Below are positions 47,501 through 55,071 of a stretch of DNA of 55,071 nucleotides, piece by piece; positions within the stretch are counted from its first letter, which is position 1, and every line of letters begins with the position of its first letter. Origin of the DNA: an uncultured Bacilli bacterium (GTDB lineage Bacteria; Bacillota_I; Bacilli_A; RF39; UBA660). The notes under the pieces are model-generated. The model made no database searches and was not told where the DNA came from. It was given only the letters and a program-made list of their open reading frames with translations. The position numbers and the translations under genes are program-made. Where the stretch lies: NCBI GenBank assembly GCA_944372455.1, contig CALVZF010000002.1, forward strand, positions 1-55,071, in the 5' to 3' direction.

Positions 47501-47776
47501 CTATTTGTCAATTTTTAACCAAACAATTGTACTACCTTGGTTAAAGTGCATAGTTTGGTAATTAATTACATTTTTTTGACGTTTTAAAACTTCATGAGTA
47601 GTAGTTCTTAAAACTCCAGTTCCAATACCATGAATTATAATAATTTTATCATTTTTCATTTTAATATTATTTTCTAGAAAGTCTATAATTTTAATTCTAG
47701 CAGTATCCCTATCATCACCATGTAAGTCTATTGACGGAATATTATATGTAAATGGATCAATTATTTTATTTTTCAT
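47501..47776 (-). CDS. Smr-domain protein
   Basis: IDLHGDDRDTARIKI..F......IIIIHGIGTGVLR is the Smr signature. Confidence 0.75.
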   Translation of the reverse strand: MKNKIIDPFTYNIPSIDLHGDDRDTARIKIIDFLENNIKMKNDKIIIIHGIGTGVLRTTTHEVLKRQKNVINYQTMHFNQGSTIVWLKIDK

Positions 47777-48665
47777 AGAGTTGTAAAACTTCTTCTAAAC
47801 TAGGAACTGAGTTTCTTGCACCTATATGTCTTGTGGAAAGTGCCCCTGCAATATTTCCAAACTTAACCGCTTGTTCTAAAGTATAATCATTAGAAATAGC
47901 ATAAGTAAATGCCCCATGAAAAATATCTCCTGCTCCTGTTGTATCTTTTACAGGCATTTTATATGTTGGCATTATTTTCAAGTATTCTCCATCTAGAAAA
48001 ATACTTCCCTTATCTTCCAAAGTTATTACATATTGCTTGTTTGGAAATAGTTCCATAAGCTTTGTAAAAATTTTATTAAAAGAGTTCATATCACGATAAT
48101 TAGCCTTTATTTTGGTAACTTTCTCCGCAAAATCTTTAGAACATACAATATAATCTACAATTTTACATAATTCTATCACTTCATCAGTATCTCTACCAGC
48201 ATCAATAATTTTAATAGCATTTTTATTTTTTTCAATTATATTTTTAGATAGTTCATACTCTTGTCCATCTACTAAAATAACATCTGTTTTAATATCTATA
48301 TCTTTGCTTTCCATTTTCATTTTAGGATTTTTATATGCTAAAGTCGTTCTAGAACTTTTATTTTTAGCAACAATAATTACACTGATTGTTGTCCCAAATT
48401 TTTTAGAAACCTCCATATAATCTATATTCACATTTACTGTTTTTAATTCCTGTTTAATAGTTTCACCATATATATCGTTTCCCACTATTCCAATAAAAGA
48501 AGTATCCATTCCCCATTTACCAAGCAAATAAGCAGCATTTGAGGCAGGACCACCACCACATTCTACTATTTCTTTAACTCTATTTTTAGTATTTTCTATA
48601 GGATAACTACTTAATGGAAAGGTAATATCAAAAGCAGCATGTCCAATACAAGTTATTTTTTTCAT
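47766..48665 (-). CDS. PfkB-family sugar kinase (ribokinase-like)
   Basis: The motifs GGGPASNAAY, a GG dipeptide and the C-terminal DTTGAGDIFHGAF are present. Confidence 0.8.
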   Translation of the reverse strand: MKKITCIGHAAFDITFPLSSYPIENTKNRVKEIVECGGGPASNAAYLLGKWGMDTSFIGIVGNDIYGETIKQELKTVNVNIDYMEVSKKFGTTISVIIVAKNKSSRTTLAYKNPKMKMESKDIDIKTDVILVDGQEYELSKNIIEKNKNAIKIIDAGRDTDEVIELCKIVDYIVCSKDFAEKVTKIKANYRDMNSFNKIFTKLMELFPNKQYVITLEDKGSIFLDGEYLKIMPTYKMPVKDTTGAGDIFHGAFTYAISNDYTLEQAVKFGNIAGALSTRHIGARNSVPSLEEVLQLYEK

Positions 48666-48673
48666 AAATCCTC

Positions 48674-49579
48674 CTATCTTAATTTTTCTTTGTATGAATT
48701 TATTATTCTTATTGATTCGTTAAGTTTTGTTTTCTCTTCTTCAGTTAAATTTAATTTTACTCTTTTTTTAATTCCATTTTTATTGATAATAGCTGGCATA
48801 CCATAATATAAATCTTTTTCTTCATCGTAAACTGACAATGCTAATATTGAATTATCATTATCTAATATTGCATTAGTAATTCTTACTAAACACATACCTA
48901 TTCCATAATATGTAGCTCCTTTTTTTTCTATAATATCATAAGCAGAATTTTTAACAGAAAGTGCAATTTCCTCTAATTTTTCTTTTCTTATGCATTCTGT
49001 TACTGGAATAACACTAACTAAAGAATTACTCCAAGGAACAAATTCACTATCCCCATGTTCACCTATCACGTAAGCATGAACATTTTTGGGATTTATTCCT
49101 AACTCTTCACCTATTAAAAATCTAAGGCGGGCAGTATCTAACATTGTTCCACTACCTATAACTTTACTACTATCAAATGATGAAAGCTTTTTAGTAATAT
49201 AAGTCATTATATCTACGGGATTAGTTGCAATTAAATAAATCCCATCAAAATTAGTTTTATTAATTTCAGCTATAATATTAGAAAACACCTCATAATTTTT
49301 TTTAACTAAATCTAGTCTAGTTTCCCCTATTTCTTGATTTCTACCAGCTGCTATCATAATAATAGTAGCATCGTTACAATCTTCATAATTCCCTGCTTTA
49401 ATTTTAATCTTAGAAGGTGCAAAAGCTAAACAATGATTTAAATCCATTGCTTCCCCAATAGTTTTTTCTTTATTTATATCTATTAAAACTAATTCTTCTA
49501 CTTTTGTTCTTTGATTTAATAAAGCATAAGCATAACTCATTCCTACATTCCCACAACCAATTATAACAACTTTATTCAT
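48674..49579 (-). CDS. ldh: L-lactate dehydrogenase
   Basis: Motifs VVIIGCGNVGMSYAYAL, ITAGRNQ-like IAAGRNQEIGETRLDL, IGEHGDSEFVPWS. Confidence 0.88.
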   Translation of the reverse strand: MNKVVIIGCGNVGMSYAYALLNQRTKVEELVLIDINKEKTIGEAMDLNHCLAFAPSKIKIKAGNYEDCNDATIIMIAAGRNQEIGETRLDLVKKNYEVFSNIIAEINKTNFDGIYLIATNPVDIMTYITKKLSSFDSSKVIGSGTMLDTARLRFLIGEELGINPKNVHAYVIGEHGDSEFVPWSNSLVSVIPVTECIRKEKLEEIALSVKNSAYDIIEKKGATYYGIGMCLVRITNAILDNDNSILALSVYDEEKDLYYGMPAIINKNGIKKRVKLNLTEEEKTKLNESIRIINSYKEKLR

Positions 49580-49677
49580 ATTTATTTCCTTTCTATAGTT
49601 ATAATACAAGTATACCATATCTGAAAAGGAATGGAATAAAAATATAAATTATATACTATAATTTAGTGGTGAATATA

Positions 49678-50421
49678 ATGGAAAATATAGGACTTCCTTT
49701 ACTACTGACAACTATTTCAGGACTATCTACTATGCTAGGCGCAATTATTATCTTTATTACTAAAAAGAAAAATAATAATATATTAGTATTTTCACTAAGT
49801 TTTGCAGCTACTATTATGTTTGGAGTAAGTATTACAGATTTAATTCCAACGGCTTATATATCTTTATCAAAACATTATAGCCTATTAATAATTATATTAT
49901 TTTTTCTAATAGGAGCAACATTTACTTTTTTAATTGATCAATATATTCCTGAGACTAATAATAAAGAAAATAATAAATTGTATAAAATAGGAATTTTTTC
50001 AATGCTAGCTATTTGTCTTCACAATATACCAGAAGGCATCATAACTTTTATTTCTTCTTATGAAAATATTGCATTAGGATTATCTTTAACAATAGCTATC
50101 GCACTACACAATATACCAGAAGGAATATCTATTTCTTTACCTATATATTATGGAACCAAGTCTAAATTTAAAGCATTATTATATACTTTTATTTCTGGTA
50201 TCTCAGAACCAATTGGTGGATTTTTAATTTATCTAGCATTTAGAAATTATATTAATGATTTTATTTTAAATTTTATTTTATTATTTGTAGCTGGAATGAT
50301 GAGCTATCTTTCTTTAGTAAAACTACTACCAGAAGCTTTAAAAAATAAAAAATACAAATTGACTATTATATCTATTTTAATAGGAACTTGTATTATTTTA
50401 ATTAATCATTTTTATTTTTAA
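49678..50421 (+). CDS. zupT: ZIP-family zinc transporter (ZupT-like)
   Basis: Two HNIPEG motifs (CLHNIPEGI and ALHNIPEGI) and about 8 TM segments. The 3' end overlaps the convergent tmcAL gene by 20 nt. Confidence 0.8.
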   Translation: MENIGLPLLLTTISGLSTMLGAIIIFITKKKNNNILVFSLSFAATIMFGVSITDLIPTAYISLSKHYSLLIIILFFLIGATFTFLIDQYIPETNNKENNKLYKIGIFSMLAICLHNIPEGIITFISSYENIALGLSLTIAIALHNIPEGISISLPIYYGTKSKFKALLYTFISGISEPIGGFLIYLAFRNYINDFILNFILLFVAGMMSYLSLVKLLPEALKNKKYKLTIISILIGTCIILINHFYF

Positions 50422-51562
50422 AAATAATTTTGGAATGTATTTCAGCTTTAATATAATCTTTTATTTTATTTATATTGTCTAAATTGTAGATATAAGTTAA
50501 CTTTAATTCTTTAATTCTATTTTTCTCATCAAAATCACTAAATTTAGTGACTAATGGAACATTAATTTTCTTTTTAACACTATTTAAATATTCTTGACCT
50601 CTATCATTTAATCCTAATACTCTAATATAGTCCAGAGTGTTATTGTTGTTAGCTTTTTTAAATGAAGTTAGAATATGAAGAAGCATTCTAGATACTTTAT
50701 TATATGTATATCTTTTATTTTTAACTTGATCTAATAGTTCTTCATAAGAATTTGTGTTATAAATATATTTTTTAATTCTATTTTCTATTCCTTCATCAAC
50801 TGTCATATATTCATCTAATGAATCAATATTTGAAATTATATTATATTTAATGAAAGAATAATAATCGTTCATTTTTTTAATATTCTTATTTTTTAGTATT
50901 TCATAAGTTTTTTCGGGTACAAATTTTTTAATATCACATTTTATGTTTAATTTATTTCTTATATTTGTCGCACTAATTATTTTATCGTTACTTTCTATAT
51001 CGTGATAATTATTTGTTCTTTTAATAGAAACAGGATTAATTTTATATGAATTTTTAATAATCTCTTTTATATAGGAAAGAGCTAGAATATCATTTGGAGA
51101 AGATATTTCAACATTAGTTAATTCTTTTAATGCTTTAGACATTGCAGTAGGATAATTAATTCCTTTGTCTAACAATTTCTTCACTTTTTCGTTATAGTTT
51201 TGATTATTAATTTGGATATTTGCAAGTTTTATCAATGTTTCAACATCATTAGATTCGCTTCCAAAAACTAGAGTATCTATTTTAAATTCATTTAAAATTT
51301 TTAAAGCGCCATGAGCAAAAACATCCGCACTTTGAGTTGCAAATTTAAATGGTAACTCTAAAACTATATCTATTCCATATTCAAGTGATATTTTAGTTTT
51401 TTCGTATTTGTCAAGTAAACTTACTGTACCACGTTGTAAAAAGTTACCGGATAGTACTAAAACAATTAATGAATCTTTATACATTTCTTTTATTTTTGAT
51501 ATATGATATAAATGTCCATTATGGAATGGATTATATTCAGCAATTATTCCTACTATATTCAT
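50402..51562 (-). CDS. tmcAL: tRNA(Met) cytidine acetate ligase (UPF0348/YlbM family nucleotidyltransferase)
   Basis: GIIAEYNPFHNGHLYHI is an HxGH nucleotidyltransferase motif. The ~386-aa length and the LELPF..ATQSAD.FA segment are typical of YlbM/TmcAL. Confidence 0.75.
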   Translation of the reverse strand: MNIVGIIAEYNPFHNGHLYHISKIKEMYKDSLIVLVLSGNFLQRGTVSLLDKYEKTKISLEYGIDIVLELPFKFATQSADVFAHGALKILNEFKIDTLVFGSESNDVETLIKLANIQINNQNYNEKVKKLLDKGINYPTAMSKALKELTNVEISSPNDILALSYIKEIIKNSYKINPVSIKRTNNYHDIESNDKIISATNIRNKLNIKCDIKKFVPEKTYEILKNKNIKKMNDYYSFIKYNIISNIDSLDEYMTVDEGIENRIKKYIYNTNSYEELLDQVKNKRYTYNKVSRMLLHILTSFKKANNNNTLDYIRVLGLNDRGQEYLNSVKKKINVPLVTKFSDFDEKNRIKELKLTYIYNLDNINKIKDYIKAEIHSKIIFKNKND

Positions 51563-51687
51563 ATTATCCCTTCTTTTTATAAAAAGTTTATATTATAAAA
51601 GTATTTATTTTTATAATAACATAAAAAAGAACTTTTAAAAAGTTCTCTTCTATAATTATCTAGAACAGTTTCTAGATTATTTTCTAA

Positions 51688-51764
51688 TGGTGGACCTTGT
51701 AGGACTCGAACCTACGACCGCCCGGTTATGAGCCGGATGCTCTAACCAACTGAGCTAAAGGTCC
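51688..51764 (-). tRNA. tRNA with a CAU anticodon (elongator Met, or Ile2 if lysidine-modified)
   Basis: Reverse complement GGACCTTTAGCTCAGTTGGTTAGAGCATCCGGCTCATAACCGGGCGGTCGTAGGTTCGAGTCCTACAAGGTCCACCA. Its similarity to the tRNA-Ile(GAU) body hints at Ile2, but this cannot be decided from sequence alone. Confidence 0.85.
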
Positions 51765-51858
51765 ATTGCTTCTATATAATATCATAATATGATTTTGAGT
51801 TCAAGATTATTTTTTAAAAAAATAAAAAATATTGAAAAAATTTGATTTTTCCAATATT

Positions 51859-54054
51859 TTATAATTTATTTGGTTCATTATCTATTTCTACGCTAACATC
51901 TTTATTAGTTATATAATGATTGATAATTTTTAACAATGCACTTCTTAATTTTTCGTCTTTTTTATATTTTATAATACATTGAAATCTATAGACATTATTT
52001 ATTTTGTACATAATTGATGTAGTTGGACCTAAAACGATGCTATTTTTATTTAAAATATTTGATAAATAACTTTTAATTTTTTTACTTGCTTCCATTCCTT
52101 TTTGATAATCTTTTGACAAAATTCTAACTAAAGTGATAAAGTAGTATGGAGGATATTTCATCGCATGTCTTAAATTCATTTCTTTAATATAAAAAGATTC
52201 ATAATCGTGATGTTTAGCTAAATATATACTGTAGTGTTCTGGATTAAAAGTTTGAATAACTACTTCACCTTTTAATTTGTTTCTTCCTGCTCTACCAGCT
52301 ACTTGACTTAATAGTTGGAAAGTTCTTTCTCCACTTCTAAAATCTGGAATATTTAAAGAAGTATCTGCATTGATTACTCCTACTAATGTAACTTTTGGGA
52401 AATCCAAACCTTTCGCAATCATTTGAGTACCTAATAAAATATTATATTTTTCTTTTTTAAAATCATTTATAATTTTTTCATGACTTCCCTTTTTTGTTGT
52501 TGTATCAACATCCATTCTAATTATTTTGGCATCAGAAAATAAGTGATTTAATTCTTCTTCTATTTTTTGAGTTCCAGTTCCTAAATCTTTAATTTCACTG
52601 CTTCCACATTCTGGACAAATGACTAATTTTTTATCTGCATACCCACAGTAATGACATCTCATCATGTTAGAAGTTTTATGATAAGTAAGGGATATATCAC
52701 AGTTTGGACATTTATGAGTATAACCACAATTTTTACATGTAATAAAAGTAGAATATCCTCTTCTATTTAATAATAAAATAATTTGTTCGTTTCTTTCTAA
52801 TCTATTTCTTATTTTATCTAGTAAAATTTTAGAAAAAGTAGAATTACCATTTTTTATTTCTTCTTTCATATCAATAATATTTACGTCTGGTAAAACACTA
52901 CTACCTACTCTAGTTTTTAATTCTAGTAATTGATATACTCCCTTTTTAGCTCGTGCAAAACTTTCTAATGATGGAGTGGCACTTCCTAAAATTAAAGGAC
53001 AATTATGGGTTTGTGCTCTTTTTTTTGCAATATCAATTGCATGATATCTAGGGTGATTATCTTGTTTATAACTTTCTGTATGTTCTTCATCTATTATAAT
53101 TATTCCTATATTTTTAAATGGTGCAAAAATCGCGCTTCTCGCTCCTATTACTATCTTTACATCTCCATTTAATATTTTTCTATATTCATCATATTTTTCT
53201 CCTAAACTAAGTCCACTATGCAATACTGCAATATTACTTCCAAATACATTAGTAAATCGATTAACCATTTGTGGAGTTAAACTAATTTCTGGAACCAGCA
53301 TTATAGCTTCTTTACCTTCTTTTAGTACTTTTTTTATGATAGAAATATATACTTCTGTTTTACCACTACCAGTTACTCCATATAGTAAATATGTAATGTT
53401 TTGATTTAAATTGGTTATTACTTTGTTAGAAATTTCTTGTTGTTTTTCCGTTAAAACAATTTTTCTAGTATCTTCTAAGATATTATTATGAAGTCTATAT
53501 ACTTCTTCTTTAATAGTTTTTATTAAACCCTTAGTTTCTAATGATTTTACTACATTGTTATCAAATTTATTTTTTTCTATTTTTTTATCTTTTAATAATT
53601 GTAACAACAAATTGTTTTGTTTTTCACTTCTTTTATTATTTTGAATGTATAGATTAACTTCATCTTCAGTTTGATTTAAAACCACATAACTTTTTTCTTT
53701 AATATTTATTTTAGTTTTTTTTCTTGCTTTTAAAGCAGTTGGTAACATTACTTGGTAAGCACTAATTAGAGTACATAAGGTTTTATCACTAATATATTTT
53801 CCTAATTCTAGTAATTCTTTATTTAATACTGGGAACTCATCTACTAAATCTATAATTTCTTTTAGTTCATAGCTATAAGATTTTTGATCATATTCTTTTA
53901 TATTTAAGATGAAACCTTCTAATTTTTGTTTACCGAATGATACTAATACTCTCATTCCAATTTGAATTTTATCTAAATATTCTGTAGGAATTTTATATGT
54001 AAAAGTTTTATTTAATTTTTCAATTCCAAGTTCTATTAAAATGTCTGCTACCAT
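51859..54054 (-). CDS. priA: Primosomal protein N' (replication restart helicase)
   Basis: Motifs GVTGSGKTEVY (Walker A), IIDEEH, and the Cys-rich zinc region CKNCGY..CPNC...CHYCGY..CPECGS. Confidence 0.92.
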   Translation of the reverse strand: MVADILIELGIEKLNKTFTYKIPTEYLDKIQIGMRVLVSFGKQKLEGFILNIKEYDQKSYSYELKEIIDLVDEFPVLNKELLELGKYISDKTLCTLISAYQVMLPTALKARKKTKINIKEKSYVVLNQTEDEVNLYIQNNKRSEKQNNLLLQLLKDKKIEKNKFDNNVVKSLETKGLIKTIKEEVYRLHNNILEDTRKIVLTEKQQEISNKVITNLNQNITYLLYGVTGSGKTEVYISIIKKVLKEGKEAIMLVPEISLTPQMVNRFTNVFGSNIAVLHSGLSLGEKYDEYRKILNGDVKIVIGARSAIFAPFKNIGIIIIDEEHTESYKQDNHPRYHAIDIAKKRAQTHNCPLILGSATPSLESFARAKKGVYQLLELKTRVGSSVLPDVNIIDMKEEIKNGNSTFSKILLDKIRNRLERNEQIILLLNRRGYSTFITCKNCGYTHKCPNCDISLTYHKTSNMMRCHYCGYADKKLVICPECGSSEIKDLGTGTQKIEEELNHLFSDAKIIRMDVDTTTKKGSHEKIINDFKKEKYNILLGTQMIAKGLDFPKVTLVGVINADTSLNIPDFRSGERTFQLLSQVAGRAGRNKLKGEVVIQTFNPEHYSIYLAKHHDYESFYIKEMNLRHAMKYPPYYFITLVRILSKDYQKGMEASKKIKSYLSNILNKNSIVLGPTTSIMYKINNVYRFQCIIKYKKDEKLRSALLKIINHYITNKDVSVEIDNEPNKL

Positions 54055-54156
54055 ATTACCACCTAATCTATTATATCAAAAATAAGAAAATTAATAAATT
54101 TTGTCTATTTATATAATAGCGAACAAATGTATATATTGTCAAGAAAAACTTTAAAT

Positions 54157-54197
54157 AAAAAAGACAAAATAGCAATTACTTGCTTTTTGTCTTTTTT
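54157..54197. terminator. Strong palindromic (bidirectional-looking) terminator
   Basis: AAAAAAGACAAAATAGCAA-ttac-TTGCTTTTTGTCTTTTTT. A- and T-runs flank the stem on both sides. Confidence 0.6.
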
Positions 54198-54223
54198 AAA
54201 ATTTTTAATCTATATATGATTTA

Positions 54224-55071
54224 TTATCTAGCATAATTATTGGTTTTTAACCAGTTAGTAATAAAGTTTATTTCTTCAGCACTACCAGCAGTATGATCAA
54301 GAGTAGCTTTCCAATCAATTAATGCTTGTGTAAGGGCTTCTTGAGCTACTGTATTAAATTCATTAACTTTAATATTTGAAAGTACTGAATCTAATTTATC
54401 ATTTGCATCATTTACATTAGTATTAATAGTATTAATTGTTGTTTCAATAGTTGCTAATTTATTACTAATGAAACCAAGACGTCCGAATAATGTATCATCA
54501 GTTGTATCAGTTTTTAAACCAACTAATTTTTGAAGTGCTATAACATTTGTACTAATAGTCTCAGTATTTGATTTAATAGTAGTTAATCCACCACCAACAC
54601 TTACAAGTTTACTATTAGTAATATTTGTTGCAGTTTTTAAATCAGTAATTCCTGTATCAACTGTATCAAATCTTCCGATAAATTCAGTTCTATCATTATT
54701 TAATCTGTTATTTAAATTGTAAAAACTTGAATACATATCTTGTTTTATTTGAGCTACTTGACTATCTAAATTATCAAATCTATTATTTAATTCTGTCATT
54801 TTATTGTTTAGTTCACTTCTTACAAAACTTTTCATATCAATAAAACGATTTTCTAAAGAACTATTTCCGAATTTGATATTTAAATCATTTAATACATCAA
54901 ATCCATCTGCTAAAGTTGAATCTACATTATCAAATCTTGTAGCAATTAAACTTTGGTTAGTATCCATTGCTAATTCCATTCTTAATAAAGTAGTTGCTAA
55001 AGATGCTTGATTATCATTCATATTTTGGTCAACAATGTTGAATCTTGAATTAATATTTGATTGATTATTAT
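54224..55071 (-). CDS. Partial CDS (runs off the window end): repetitive coiled-coil protein with a recurring [NGST]RFDx[VL]D motif
   Basis: The frame stays open upstream of the track ATG (55021): ..NNQSNINSRFNIVDQN-MNDNQ.. The motif recurs as SRFNIVD, TRFDNVD, NRFIDMK, NRFDNLD, GRFDTVD and GRLGFIS. Confidence 0.55.
   Translation of the reverse strand, partial: NNQSNINSRFNIVDQNMNDNQASLATTLLRMELAMDTNQSLIATRFDNVDSTLADGFDVLNDLNIKFGNSSLENRFIDMKSFVRSELNNKMTELNNRFDNLDSQVAQIKQDMYSSFYNLNNRLNNDRTEFIGRFDTVDTGITDLKTATNITNSKLVSVGGGLTTIKSNTETISTNVIALQKLVGLKTDTTDDTLFGRLGFISNKLATIETTINTINTNVNDANDKLDSVLSNIKVNEFNTVAQEALTQALIDWKATLDHTAGSAEEINFITNWLKTNNYAR

Overview
Very AT-rich, low-GC Firmicute-type chromosome under the standard genetic code. 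TGA and TAG both terminate ORFs. Most of the window is housekeeping: trmB, frr, leuS behind a Leu T-box, trpS, truB, parC, ldh, priA, tmcAL and seven tRNAs. Three accessory or unusual regions stand out. (1) 12.2-16.6 kb: a gene encoding two PG_binding_1 and three LysM domains is transcribed divergently from a SleC-like spore cortex-lytic enzyme gene. It is split inside its first LysM repeat by a ~3.4-kb element that ends with a large serine recombinase gene. Both junctions can be read from the sequence: a GG core, a reconstructed attP with 11/13 dyad symmetry, and an excision product that is an in-frame 332-aa ORF. This resembles the skin/SPbeta class of sporulation intervening elements, but in a target gene I do not recognise as a described one. 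(2) 27.2-34.9 kb: a hybrid Tad/type IV filament operon with no recognisable Flp pilin. A TasA/camelysin-like signal-bearing protein is encoded immediately downstream, and a larger paralog sits at the window start. (3) 3.6-10.8 kb: an accessory stretch after tRNA-Thr carrying a DUF4143 ATPase, yefM-yoeB, a double-length degenerate ThyX-like gene and two gene remnants. No CRISPR array, rRNA or transposase-type IS element was seen.
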